Of a stretch of 64,000 nt of DNA, positions 18,064-28,791 are shown piece after piece. Source of the stretch: Vicinamibacterales bacterium (GTDB lineage Bacteria > Acidobacteriota > Vicinamibacteria > Vicinamibacterales > 2-12-FULL-66-21); NCBI GenBank assembly GCA_035463475.1, contig DATHTE010000014.1, forward strand, positions 2,750 to 66,749. The letters are read 5' to 3'. Both the position numbers and the translations under genes were made by a program. The notes below the pieces were generated by a model, which saw nothing but the letters and a program-made list of their open reading frames with translations, was not told the DNA's origin and did no database searches. Every line of letters begins with the position of its first letter. Position 1 is the stretch's first letter.

Positions 18064-18528
18064 TCACGCCGACGGGTCTTCTGTTGACACGGGGCCGGTG
18101 ACGCTGCCTGCCTGCACGGCCGCCTTCAGCGTGTGCCACGCCAGGCTCGCGCACTTCACCCGCGTGGGAAACTCGCGCACGCCGGCCAGCACAGACAGCT
18201 TGCCGAGATCCGCCGGCGGCGTATCGGTCGAGGAGGTCACCATGTCGTGGAATCGATCGAACAGCCGATCGGCCTCGGCCAGCGTCTTACCTTTCAGCGC
18301 CTCGGTCATCAGCGAGGCGGAGGCCTTCGAGATCGCGCACCCCGAGCCGAGGAAGGTCACGTCGCGGATGACGTCGCCGTCCAGATCGAGGTAGAGCGTC
18401 AGTCTGTCGCCGCAGAGCGGGTTGAAGCCTTCCGCGCGACGCGCCGGCGGCGGCAGCTCCCGGAAGTTCCTCGGCCGCCGGTTGTGGTCGAGGATCACTT
18501 CCTGGTAGAGGTCCTGCAGCTCGGACAT
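18064..18528 (-). CDS. sufU: SufU/IscU-like sulfur-acceptor scaffold
   Basis: LYQEVILDHNRRPRNF, NPLCGD, GSGCAISKASASLMTE and VKCASLAW. Confidence 0.85.
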   Translation of the reverse strand: MSELQDLYQEVILDHNRRPRNFRELPPPARRAEGFNPLCGDRLTLYLDLDGDVIRDVTFLGSGCAISKASASLMTEALKGKTLAEADRLFDRFHDMVTSSTDTPPADLGKLSVLAGVREFPTRVKCASLAWHTLKAAVQAGSVTGPVSTEDPSA

Positions 18529-19784
18529 CAGCCGAACACCTCGCGGACCTTGCGCAGCGCAGCCCCCAGCGTGTCCAGCTCCTCGCGCGTGTTGTACATC
18601 GCGAGCGACGCCCGTGCGGTCGCCGGCACGGAGAATCGTTCCATGAGCGGCTGGGCGCAGTGGTGCCCCGTGCGGATCGCGACCCCTTCGCGGTCGACGA
18701 TCGTGCCGATGTCGTGCGGGTGGATGCCCTCCATGACGAACGAGAGGATGCTGGCCTTGCGCGCCGCGGTGCCAATCAGTCTCAGCCCCGGGATCCGCCG
18801 GACCACGTCGGTGCCGTACTCCAGCAGCTCCGCCTCGTGCGCGGCGACGCGATCGAGCCCCACGGAGGTGACGAAGTCAATCGCGGCGCCGAGTCCCACC
18901 GCGCCCGCGATGTTCGGCGTGCCCGCCTCGAACTTGTACGGCGCGACGTTGTAGCTCGTCTTGTCGAAGCGCACGGAGCTGATCATGTCGCCGCCCCCCT
19001 GGTAGGGCGGCATCCGCTCGAGCAGTTCGGCCCGGCCGTACAGCGAGCCGATGCCGGTCGGCCCGTACAGCTTGTGCCCGGTGAGCGCGTAGAAATCGCA
19101 GCCGAGCGCGCGGACATCGACGGGCATGTGGTAGGTCGCCTGCGAGCCGTCCACCAGCACGGGCACGCCGCGGGCGTGCGCCATCGCCACAATCTCGGCA
19201 ATCGGGTTGATCGTCCCGAGCGCGTTGGAGAGATGGGTGACGGCGAGCATCCGCGCGCGCGGCCCGAGCAGCGCCTCGAGGCGATCCAGCCTCAACTCTC
19301 CCGCGTCGTTGACCGGCACCACGCGCAGGCTCGCGCCGCTCTGCTCGCAGAGCATCTGCCACGGAACGATGTTGGAGTGGTGCTCCATCTCCGTGATCAC
19401 CACCTCGTCTCCGGGTCCCACGTTCTGGCGCCCGAACGTCTGCGCCACCAGGTTGATCGCCTCGGTCGCGTTGCGGGTGAAGACGATTTCCCGCGCGTGG
19501 GCGGCGTTCAGGAAACGCCGGACTTTCTCGCGTGCGCCCTCGAAGGCGGCCGTGGCCCGCTCGCTCAGCTCGTGGACGCCCCGGTGCACGTTCGCGTTCT
19601 CTTCGGAGTAGAACCGGACGATCGCATCGAGCACCGCCCTGGGCTTCTGCGTGGTCGCAGCGTTGTCGAGGTATACGAGCGGCTTTCCGCCGCGAACGGT
19701 GCGGGAAAGGATCGGGAACTCGGCGCGAATCCGCGCCGTGTCGAAGGCCACCGTTGCCTGGGCGCCGGCCGTCCCTCTCATCAC
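18528..19784 (-). CDS. sufS: Class II cysteine desulfurase SufS
   Basis: YLDNAATTQKP, LTGHKLYGPTGIG and RTGHHCAQP. 418 aa. Confidence 0.9.
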   Translation of the reverse strand: MMRGTAGAQATVAFDTARIRAEFPILSRTVRGGKPLVYLDNAATTQKPRAVLDAIVRFYSEENANVHRGVHELSERATAAFEGAREKVRRFLNAAHAREIVFTRNATEAINLVAQTFGRQNVGPGDEVVITEMEHHSNIVPWQMLCEQSGASLRVVPVNDAGELRLDRLEALLGPRARMLAVTHLSNALGTINPIAEIVAMAHARGVPVLVDGSQATYHMPVDVRALGCDFYALTGHKLYGPTGIGSLYGRAELLERMPPYQGGGDMISSVRFDKTSYNVAPYKFEAGTPNIAGAVGLGAAIDFVTSVGLDRVAAHEAELLEYGTDVVRRIPGLRLIGTAARKASILSFVMEGIHPHDIGTIVDREGVAIRTGHHCAQPLMERFSVPATARASLAMYNTREELDTLGAALRKVREVFG

Positions 19785-21142
19785 ATCACTCCGTCGCGCC
19801 GCAGCTGCGCGAACAGCTCGGCTTCGAGCTGATCGCGAAGGGACTCGATCTTCACGCGGTTCAGGATGTCTCCCGCGAACGCGTGGATCAGCATGTCACG
19901 CGCCTGCTGCGCCGACAGGCCACGGGCCCGCAGGTAGAACAGGGCCTCCTCGTCGAGCTGTCCGATCGCCGCTCCGTGCGTGCACTTCACATCGTCGGCG
20001 AAGATCTCGAGCTGCGGCTTCGTGTTGATCTGCGCTTCGTCGGAGAGCAGCAGCGCGCGGTTGGTCTGTTTCGCGTCGGTCTTCTGCGCATCCGGCCGCA
20101 CGATGATCTTGCCGTTGAAGATCGCCCGCGACCGCCCCGCGAGGATGCCCTTGTACAGCTCGTGGCTGCCGCAGTGCGGCTTCGCGTGGTCGATCGTCGT
20201 GTGGGTGTCGACGAGCCGCTGCCCGTCGCTCAGATACAGGCCGTTCAGCGTGCAGTCCACTCCCTCGCCGTCGAGGAGCGCCACCGCGTCGTTTCGCACG
20301 ATCTGCCCGCCCAGCGTGAACGCGTGCGAGAGGAAGGTGGCGCTGCGCGCGCACCGGACGACCTGGAGGGCGACGTGGAACGCGCCGGCGCTCTCGCGCT
20401 GGTCCTTGTAGTAGTCCACGACGGCGTTCTCGCCGATCTCGAACTCGCCCACCGCGTTGGTGAAGTACGTCGGCCCTTCCGAGCCGACATAGCTCTCCAC
20501 GATCCGCACCTGCGAACTGGCGCCCACGAGCGCCAGCACGCGCGGATGCGACATGAACGCCTCCGGCGACGACGAGACCGATACGAAGACGATGTGGAGG
20601 GGTCGCTCCACGATCGTGCCCGGGCGCACCCGGATGAACAGCCCGTCCTGCAGGAACGCCGTGTTCAGCGCGACGAAGGCGCGATGGTCGAACGACGCCA
20701 GCCGGCCGATGACCGGCTGGAGCGCGGCCGGCGCCCGATCCAAGGCCTCGGCGAGGCTTGCCACCTCGACGCCCGCGGGCGAGTCGGGCGACGACCACTC
20801 CGGCGCGTACCGGCCGTTCACGAGCACGAGCCGATGCGCGTCCACGCCCTGGACCGATTCGAGCAGCGCGGCGGCCGCGCCGTTCACGTCGGCCGAGCCG
20901 AGACGGAACGTCGTCTCGCCGATGGGCGCGACGTTGGTGAAACGCCATTCCTCGTCGCGCGTCGTGGGGATTCCCAGTTCCGCGAAGCGGGCCATGGCGC
21001 GGCCGCGCAACTCACGCAACCACGCTGGCTGCGAGCTTCCCGCGCCCGCGTTGAACCGCTCGTATTCGAGCAGAAAGCCGCTCCGCTCGCGCGACGCCTC
21101 CGCAGGGCTCACGACAACCGGTGCCATGCCGCTGTCGCTCAC
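19781..21142 (-). CDS. sufD: Fe-S cluster assembly protein SufD
   Basis: 453 aa with a SufBD C-terminal beta-helix (TKPQLEIFADDVKCTHGAAIGQLD). Its position is between sufC and sufS. Confidence 0.85.
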   Translation of the reverse strand: MSDSGMAPVVVSPAEASRERSGFLLEYERFNAGAGSSQPAWLRELRGRAMARFAELGIPTTRDEEWRFTNVAPIGETTFRLGSADVNGAAAALLESVQGVDAHRLVLVNGRYAPEWSSPDSPAGVEVASLAEALDRAPAALQPVIGRLASFDHRAFVALNTAFLQDGLFIRVRPGTIVERPLHIVFVSVSSSPEAFMSHPRVLALVGASSQVRIVESYVGSEGPTYFTNAVGEFEIGENAVVDYYKDQRESAGAFHVALQVVRCARSATFLSHAFTLGGQIVRNDAVALLDGEGVDCTLNGLYLSDGQRLVDTHTTIDHAKPHCGSHELYKGILAGRSRAIFNGKIIVRPDAQKTDAKQTNRALLLSDEAQINTKPQLEIFADDVKCTHGAAIGQLDEEALFYLRARGLSAQQARDMLIHAFAGDILNRVKIESLRDQLEAELFAQLRRDGVM

Positions 21143-21908
21143 GCCCTGAGCGCCTCCGCGCGTGCGACCTCGTCCTCGATCCAGCCGTAGCCCTTCTCTT
21201 CGAGCTCCAGCGCGAGGTCCTTCCCGCCGGACTTGACGATGCGCCCGTCCACCAGGACGTGCACGAAGTCAGGGACGATGTAGTTGAGCAGCCGCTGGTA
21301 GTGCGTGACGACGATCATCGAGCGCTCCGGCGAACGGAGCGCGTTGACGCCGCTGGCGACCGTCTTGAGGGCGTCGATATCGAGCCCGGAGTCGGTCTCG
21401 TCGAGAATCGCGAGCTTCGGCTCGAGGACCGCCATCTGGAAAATCTCGTTTCGCTTCTTCTCGCCGCCGGAGAAGCCCTCGTTCACCGACCGTCCCAGCA
21501 TGGCCTGATCGATGTCGAGGATCTGCGCCCGCTCCCGGATGAACTGCATGAATTCGACGGCGTCCAGCTCCGGCATCCCGAGGTGGGCGCGCTTGGCGTT
21601 CAGTGCCGCCTTGAGGAAGTACGCGTTGTTGACCCCGGTGATCTCCACAGGGTACTGGAACGCCATGAACAGCCCCCCACGGGCCCGTTCGTCCGGGTCC
21701 ATCCCGAGGAGGTCCTTCCCCTCGTAAGTCGCTTCGCCGGCGACGATTTCGTAATGGGGGTGCCCGGCGAGCGCGCGCGCGAGCGTGCTCTTCCCGGAGC
21801 CGTTCGGGCCCATGATGGCGTGCACTTCCCCCGCCCCCACGTTCAGATCGATGCCGCGCAGGATGGTCTTGCCTTCCGCGCGGACCTGCAGGTTCTTGAT
21901 GACGAGCA

Positions 21909-21909
<1 letters not shown>
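21139..21909 (-). CDS. sufC: Fe-S cluster assembly ATPase SufC
   Basis: Start at MLVIKNLQV (ATG 21909..21907). Motifs GPNGSGKST, FSGGEKKRNEI and ILDETDSGLD. The longer track ORF is an over-extension into sufB. Confidence 0.9.
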
Positions 21910-23354
<1,445 letters not shown>

Positions 23355-23355
23355 G

Positions 23356-23380
23356 CTGAAACCTGAACCCTGAACCCGCC
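23356..23380. repeat. CTGAACC heptamer tract
   Basis: The sequence is ctgaaacctgaaccctgaacccgcccc, in the sufA-sufB gap. Confidence 0.5.
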
Positions 23381-23420
23381 CCCGCGTCCGGCGTCCCCGG
23401 ACGCTACGGCGAGGCAAGCC

Positions 23421-23759
23421 CTAAATACTGAACGACGTCCCACACCCGCACGTGCTCTTCGCGTTCGGGTTCTGAAAGATGAAGCCCTTGCTCAACAGGC
23501 TGGTGTCGTAGTCCAGCACCGTCCCCTCGAGCACGCGCATGCTCCGCGGATCGACGAAGACCTTCGCGCCGTTTGGTCCCTCGAAGACGAGGTCGGTCTC
23601 CTTCGGCGCCGCCTCCCATCCGAAGACGTAGCTGAACCCCGAACAGCCGCCCGCCTTGACCCCAACGCGCAGGCCGCCTCCCGCGAGGCCGTTCTTGTCC
23701 AGCATGCGCGCGATAATCTCTGCCGCGTTCTCGCTGATCTGCAACATCGCCGCTGTCAT
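23421..23759 (-). CDS. sufA: HesB/IscA/SufA-family A-type Fe-S carrier
   Basis: Start at MTAAMLQISENAA (ATG overlapping the Rrf2 stop). Motifs GGCSGFSY and C-terminal CGCGTSF. Confidence 0.85.
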   Translation of the reverse strand: MTAAMLQISENAAEIIARMLDKNGLAGGGLRVGVKAGGCSGFSYVFGWEAAPKETDLVFEGPNGAKVFVDPRSMRVLEGTVLDYDTSLLSKGFIFQNPNAKSTCGCGTSFSI

Positions 23760-24238
23760 GTCTCCGATACGACGCGCGGACGCCGCATCACGGTCAGCGG
23801 CACCCCCTCGGGGGCCGCGGGGCGCGGCGGTGCGTCCACCGTCAGGTCGAACAGCGTGCACGTGGCGAGCGCCGAGACGATCCGGTCCTTGATCCGCCAC
23901 AGCGGGTCGCGCACGTTGCACGACGAGTACTGCTCGCACTTCTCCGGCTCGTCCTCCGAACACGCCGTCATCGTCAGCGGGCCGTCGATCGCCTGGATAA
24001 CGTCGGCAACCGAGATCGCCGTCGCGGGGCGGGCGAGCCGGTATCCGCCGCGCGTCCCCTGGTGGGAGACCAGCAGCCCCCGCTGGACCAGCCGCTGCAA
24101 GACCTTCGCGAGCAACTCGACGGGGATCTCGTACAGCTGGGCGATCTCGCGCGCGCTCGCGGCCCCCCGGTCGGCCTCAGCCGCGAGGTGTTTCATCGCA
24201 ATCAAGGCGTAATCGGTCTTTTTCGACAGCCTCAGCAT
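23756..24238 (-). CDS. Rrf2-family transcriptional regulator (IscR/SufR-like)
   Basis: MLRLSKKTDYALIAMKHLA.. winged helix, with Cys residues (TACSEDEPEKCEQYSSC) that could ligate a cluster. It is the first gene of the suf operon. Confidence 0.85.
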   Translation of the reverse strand: MLRLSKKTDYALIAMKHLAAEADRGAASAREIAQLYEIPVELLAKVLQRLVQRGLLVSHQGTRGGYRLARPATAISVADVIQAIDGPLTMTACSEDEPEKCEQYSSCNVRDPLWRIKDRIVSALATCTLFDLTVDAPPRPAAPEGVPLTVMRRPRVVSET

Positions 24239-24251
24239 GGGACCTGAATCT

Positions 24252-24297
24252 CCGACCAGAATTGTCCTATTTTAATCCGACCAGAATGGTCGGGCAA
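24252..24297 (-). promoter_or_regulatory. Candidate suf promoter (-35 TTGCCC, 17-nt spacer, -10 TAAAAT on minus strand) overlapped by two CCGACCAGAAT(T/G)GTC repeats
   Basis: The direct repeats lie at 24252..24267 and 24277..24293. The second contains the dyad CCGACC-N5-GGTCGG. This is an AT-rich patch in an otherwise GC-rich genome. Confidence 0.45.
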
Positions 24298-24321
24298 GTA
24301 CCCGGGCTTTTAGGCCAGATT

Positions 24322-24492
24322 TCAGGGTTCAGGGTTCAGCAGCAGGGTTCAGGGTTTGGGGGTTCGGCGTTTTTAGGGGTTCAGGGTCCGGGTTCGGCGG
24401 TTCGGGCTGAGGGGCCGCTGGCGAGCGAACCAGAAGAACCGGAACCTGGAACCCATCGAACCTGTCGAACCCGTCGAACCGATCGAACCTCT
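24322..24492. repeat. Large imperfect dyad of short repeats: ~8 GGGTTC(A/G)-type units (24322..24405) facing ~8 CGAACC units (24425..24492)
   Basis: The left arm is cagggttcagggttcagcagcagggttcagggtttgggggttcgg..gggttcagggtccgggttcggcggttcggg. The right arm is cgaaccagaagaaccggaacctggaacccatcgaacctgtcgaacccgtcgaaccgatcgaacc. Confidence 0.7.
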
Positions 24493-25652
24493 CAGTATCG
24501 CTTCAGACTCGGATCCACCCGCTCGATCCACGCGAGGATGCCGCCCTCGAGATTGTGAACGTCGGGATATCCGCGACCGCGCAGGAAGTGGGCAGCGCGG
24601 GCGCTGCGCACGCCGGATCGACAGTGCACGATGACCTCCCGATCCTTGGGAATCTCGGAGTACCGCTGGTTCAGCTCACCCAGCGGAATCAGCTGTGCTC
24701 CAGGAATCCTGCAGATGCTGTGCTCCGCCGGCTCGCGGACGTCCACGAGGACGAATGACGCCTTGCGCTCCATGCGTTCCTTCAGCTCTTCAACCGTCAC
24801 GTTCTGTTCGTCCTCCACCGGTGGCGTGGTGCCGTCGCAGTACTCATCGTAGTCCCGGAGCACGGTGATAGTCGGGGCCGTGCCGCAGACCGGGCAGTCG
24901 GGATCGCGGTTCAACCGGAGCTCGCGGAATCGCATGCGCAGCGCGTCGAGCACCAGGAAGCGCCCAACGAGAGGGGTCCCCTCGCCCAGCGCCAGCTTGA
25001 TCGCCTCGGTCGCCTGGATGGTGCCGATGATGCCCGGCAGGACGCCAAGCACGCCGCCTTCGGCGCAGTTCTGGATGAGGCCCGGTGGCGGCGGCTCGGG
25101 ATGAAGGCAGCGGTAGCAGGGACCGCCGGGCATCGCGAAGACCGACGCCTGCCCCTCGAAACGGAAGATGCTGCCGTAGACGTTCGGCTTGCGCGCCAGC
25201 ACGCACGCGTCGTTCACAAGGTAGCGCGTCGCGAAATTGTCCGTACCGTCCACGACGATGTCGTAGCGCGCGAGCAGGTCGAGCGCGGACGCCGCGCTGA
25301 ACCGCGTCTCGTGTGTGGCGATCGTGATGCTGGAATTCATCGCGCGCAGCCGTTCGGCCGCGGCCGCGAGCTTCGGTCGTCCGACGTCCGACTCGGCGTA
25401 CAGAATCTGGCGCTGCAGGTTCGACGAATCGACACGGTCGAAATCCACCAGCCCGATCGTGCCGACGCCAGCAGCGGCGAGATAGAGGGACGCGGGGGAC
25501 CCGAGTCCACCGGCGCCGATGCACAGCACGCGCGCCGCTTTTAGCCTCCGCTGGCCGGCGGCGCCCACTTCCGGCATCGCCAGGTGGCGTGCGTAACGGT
25601 GCAGTTCTCCGGTGGTGAGCTCGACCTCTTCCATGCGTTTTGCGTGGATCAT
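24492..25652 (-). CDS. MoeB/ThiF-type adenylyltransferase fused to a C-terminal rhodanese domain (MoeZ-like)
   Basis: LCIGAGGLGSP nucleotide loop, CYRC..CPVCG zinc site, and a rhodanese active-site loop VHCRSGVRS. Confidence 0.85.
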   Translation of the reverse strand: MIHAKRMEEVELTTGELHRYARHLAMPEVGAAGQRRLKAARVLCIGAGGLGSPASLYLAAAGVGTIGLVDFDRVDSSNLQRQILYAESDVGRPKLAAAAERLRAMNSSITIATHETRFSAASALDLLARYDIVVDGTDNFATRYLVNDACVLARKPNVYGSIFRFEGQASVFAMPGGPCYRCLHPEPPPPGLIQNCAEGGVLGVLPGIIGTIQATEAIKLALGEGTPLVGRFLVLDALRMRFRELRLNRDPDCPVCGTAPTITVLRDYDEYCDGTTPPVEDEQNVTVEELKERMERKASFVLVDVREPAEHSICRIPGAQLIPLGELNQRYSEIPKDREVIVHCRSGVRSARAAHFLRGRGYPDVHNLEGGILAWIERVDPSLKRY

Positions 25653-25680
25653 TATCGCCGCTTTCGCCTAATATTCGGGT

Positions 25681-27123
25681 GTGGTTCCCCTACAGTTCGT
25701 CGTCGGACTGGCCCTCGGCCTGGGTGTCGCCGCGGCACTGTATTTCTGGGTGCGCGGGCGCAACGCGGCCGAGGTGGCGGACGCGCGCGCGAGGCTCGAG
25801 GCGGAGATGGAAGCCCATTCCGCCGTGGTCGAGTCGCTGCGGGCGAAGGAACTGCAGCTGCAGCAGAACGCAACCGAGCTGGGGCGCGTCCGTGTCGACC
25901 TCGCCACCGCGCTCGCTCAACTGGATGCGGAACGGCGCACGGTCGACGAGAAGATCGCGACGCTTGCCGCTGCCGAGGAGCGGCTCAAGGACGCCTTCGC
26001 GGCACTCTCGCAGGAAGCGTTGAAGAGCAGCAACGAGTCGTTCCTCCAGCTCGCGAAAACCACGTTCGAGAAGCTGCAGGAAAAGGCCGTCGGCGAGCTG
26101 GAAAAACGTGAGAACGCCGTCAGCCAGCTGGTGCTGCCGCTGCAGCAGTCGCTCGACACGGTGGGGAAGACCGTCGCGGAGATCGAGAAGTCGCGCATAG
26201 AGGCGTACAGCCGGATCGACGAACAGCTGAAATCGCTCGCGAACACTCAGAACACCCTGCAGGCGGAAACCAACCATCTCGTGAACGCCCTGCGATCCCC
26301 GAACGTGCGCGGCCAGTGGGGGGAAATGCAGCTGCGCCGGGTCGTCGAAGCGGCGGGGATGGTGGAGCACTGCGACTTCGACTTCAAGGAGACCGTCGGC
26401 ACCGAAGACGGCAGGCTGATTCCGGATCTGCTGGTGCGGCTGCCCGGCGGGAAGAACGTCGTGGTGGACTCGAAGGTCCCCGCCACGGCCTTTCTGGAGG
26501 CCATCACCGAGTCCAATGACGATGCGCGCGAGGCCAGGCTCAGGGAACACGCGCGGCAGGTCCGCGATCACATCGCGAAGCTCGCTGCCAAGTCGTACTG
26601 GGCGCATTTCCAGCCGACCCCGGACATCGTCGTCATGTTCCTGCCGGGCGAGTCTCTGCTGAGCGCGGCGCTGCTGCACGATCCGTCGCTGCTCGACTTC
26701 AGCGTTTCGAAAGGCGTGATGCTCGCCAGCCCGCTGACGCTCATCGGATTGCTGCGCGCCGTGGCGTTCGGCTGGCAACAGGAGGCGCTGGCGAGAAACG
26801 CCCAGGAAATCAGCAGCCTGGGCCAGCAGCTCTACGACCGGATTCGGGTGCTGCTCGAACACCTCGACGATCTCGGGCGCGATCTGCAGGGGTCTGTTGA
26901 CGCCTACAACCGCGTGCTCGCGTCGCTCGGCTCACGCGTGCTGGTCACCGCTCGGAAGCTCAAGGAGCTGGGGGTCGCGACGACGAAGGAGCTGCCGGAC
27001 GTGCACCCGGTGGACGTCGCGCCGCGCTCTCCGCAGAACAGCGAGCTGGCGGGGCTGCTTGGGGAAGCCGCGGTGGACGGCGAGCTCGTGGCTCCTCTGT
27101 CCGACGAAACAGAGAAGGTGTGA
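25681..27123 (+). CDS. rmuC: DNA recombination protein RmuC
   Basis: N-terminal TM segment plus a long coiled coil, then NVRGQWGEMQLRRVVEAAGM and DLLVRLPGGKNVVVDSK. Confidence 0.85.
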   Translation: MVPLQFVVGLALGLGVAAALYFWVRGRNAAEVADARARLEAEMEAHSAVVESLRAKELQLQQNATELGRVRVDLATALAQLDAERRTVDEKIATLAAAEERLKDAFAALSQEALKSSNESFLQLAKTTFEKLQEKAVGELEKRENAVSQLVLPLQQSLDTVGKTVAEIEKSRIEAYSRIDEQLKSLANTQNTLQAETNHLVNALRSPNVRGQWGEMQLRRVVEAAGMVEHCDFDFKETVGTEDGRLIPDLLVRLPGGKNVVVDSKVPATAFLEAITESNDDAREARLREHARQVRDHIAKLAAKSYWAHFQPTPDIVVMFLPGESLLSAALLHDPSLLDFSVSKGVMLASPLTLIGLLRAVAFGWQQEALARNAQEISSLGQQLYDRIRVLLEHLDDLGRDLQGSVDAYNRVLASLGSRVLVTARKLKELGVATTKELPDVHPVDVAPRSPQNSELAGLLGEAAVDGELVAPLSDETEKV

Positions 27124-27124
27124 G

Positions 27125-27149
27125 CGTGTACGGGGTCAGCCCCCGTTCA
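27125..27149. repeat. Single REP-like hairpin (GTGTACGGGG-TCAGC-CCCCGTTCAC)
   Basis: 10-bp stem with one mismatch, in the convergent rmuC/SIMPL gap. Same GGGGTCAG core as the other elements. Confidence 0.6.
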
Positions 27150-27161
27150 CGCTTCACCTAC

Positions 27162-27872
27162 CTATCTGAGCTCCGCGGTCAGCGTGACGCTCGCCCGTAT
27201 CTCGATCTCCCCGGCCGCGATCGGCGTAGGCACCGACTGCTTCATCTCCGCCCGCATCGCCGTCACGTAGGGCATCGGCGGTGGCACGTCGGGCCGGCCT
27301 CCTTCCTCGATCTTCAGCACGCGCGCGACGGTCATGCCGGCGCCTGAGGCCGCGGCGTCGGCGCGGCCCCTCGCATCGGCGACCGCCACCCTCAGCGCCT
27401 CGCGCTCGACGCGCTCACGGTCGCGGAGGTCGAAGCGGATGGCCCCGGCGTTGGTCGCGCCGGCGGCGATTGCCGCGTCGATCACCTCGCCGAGCCGATC
27501 GAGCTCGTCCACGCGCGCCTCGATGCGGTTGCGCGCCGTGTAGGCGCGCAGCACCTGGCGGCCGTCCACGTAATCGAACTCCGGCGCCAGGTCGTATCCG
27601 CGCGTCTGCACCGCGTCGGCCGGCAGCCCCAGCGCGCGGAGCCGCTGCTGCACGGCGGTCATGATCTCCGCGTTGCGCGTGGCGGCCTCGCGCGGCGCCT
27701 TGGATCGGGTCTCGACGGCGAGGTCGACAAACGCGCGATCCGGCGCGCGGCGCAGGATGGCTTCCCCCTGCGTCACGACCGTGGGCACGCGCGGCTCCGG
27801 CGAGCGCGTCTCCTGGGCGCGCGCCGGCGCGGCAGCGAAGCAGAGCAGAACGGCGAGCGTGATCGTCTTCAT
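27162..27872 (-). CDS. SIMPL/DUF541 periplasmic protein (BP26-like)
   Basis: Signal peptide MKTITLAVLLCFAAAPARAQ. The overall SIMPL pattern ends with AAGEIEIRASVTLTAEL. Confidence 0.7.
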   Translation of the reverse strand: MKTITLAVLLCFAAAPARAQETRSPEPRVPTVVTQGEAILRRAPDRAFVDLAVETRSKAPREAATRNAEIMTAVQQRLRALGLPADAVQTRGYDLAPEFDYVDGRQVLRAYTARNRIEARVDELDRLGEVIDAAIAAGATNAGAIRFDLRDRERVEREALRVAVADARGRADAAASGAGMTVARVLKIEEGGRPDVPPPMPYVTAMRAEMKQSVPTPIAAGEIEIRASVTLTAELR

Positions 27873-27899
27873 GTTCGTTAGGACGCGGCGGGCGGGCGA

Positions 27900-28718
27900 T
27901 CAGCCGGCGCCGAGCGGGCTCGGCGGGCCCGCCGACGTGCACGCCACGCGGAAGCCGATGCTGTACGAGTATGTGTCCGGCGGGACCTTGTGCCGGTAGC
28001 TGCACGTGAGCATGCGCGGGTCGGACGTCGGCCAGCCGCCGCCGCGGACGATGCGCAGCGAGCCGCGCGACGGGCCGCGCGGGTTGCGTTCGGGCGACCG
28101 TGAGTAGAAGTCCGCGGCGTACCAGTCGGACACCCATTCCCAGACATTGCCGATCGCGTCGCGGACGCCGAACGCGTTCGGCGGATAGTGCGTCACCGGC
28201 GTGGTGCCGGCGCCGTCGCGGTGACGCGGATCGAGCAGGAAGTTCGCCCGCGACGGATCGAGCGCGTCGCCCCACGGCAGGCGCTCGTTCGATCCCGCGC
28301 GCGCCGCGCACTCCCACTCCGCTTCGGTGGGCAGCCGCATCGGGCGGCTGAGCAGCGAGGAAAGCCACGCGCAGTACGCCGCCGCGTCCTCCCAGTTCAC
28401 GAGCGTCACCGGATGATCCAGGCGCCCTTGGGGCGGGCGGCCGGCAGCCCAGACATACGGGGCCGCGGAGGCCCGGAACGCCGCCTCGCGTTCGGGCCCG
28501 CCGCTCGCGACAATGAGCGGCAGCTCGTAGATGCCCGGCGGGCGGTGCCCGGTCTCCACCGTGAACCGCGCGTACTGCCCGACGGTCACGGAATGGACGC
28601 CGATCTCGAACGCATCGAGCGCCACGACGTGCGCGGGACGCTCGTCCTCCTCGCCGTGGTCGGCGCCCATGACGAACTCGCCCGCCGTGATCCGAACCGT
28701 TTCCGGCAGTCCCTGCAC
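27900..28718 (-). CDS. Formylglycine-generating-enzyme (SUMF1/FGE) family protein
   Basis: ITAGEFVMGAD, NVWEWVSDWY and RGGGW motifs. 272 aa. Confidence 0.8.
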   Translation of the reverse strand: MQGLPETVRITAGEFVMGADHGEEDERPAHVVALDAFEIGVHSVTVGQYARFTVETGHRPPGIYELPLIVASGGPEREAAFRASAAPYVWAAGRPPQGRLDHPVTLVNWEDAAAYCAWLSSLLSRPMRLPTEAEWECAARAGSNERLPWGDALDPSRANFLLDPRHRDGAGTTPVTHYPPNAFGVRDAIGNVWEWVSDWYAADFYSRSPERNPRGPSRGSLRIVRGGGWPTSDPRMLTCSYRHKVPPDTYSYSIGFRVACTSAGPPSPLGAG

Positions 28719-28791
28719 GCGTTGGCCCGCGGGCCGTCCCTCCCTGTTGAGTGCCGACGGGAACGTTACCAGATTCGACTAGACTGATGCC

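Noticed and set aside
24425-24492. Multiple GGTTCGA-like motifs (minus strand) as tRNA T-arms, or a tRNA-Sec
   Set aside because: No acceptor, D or anticodon stems can be drawn. The motif is simply the repeat unit of the GAACC array.
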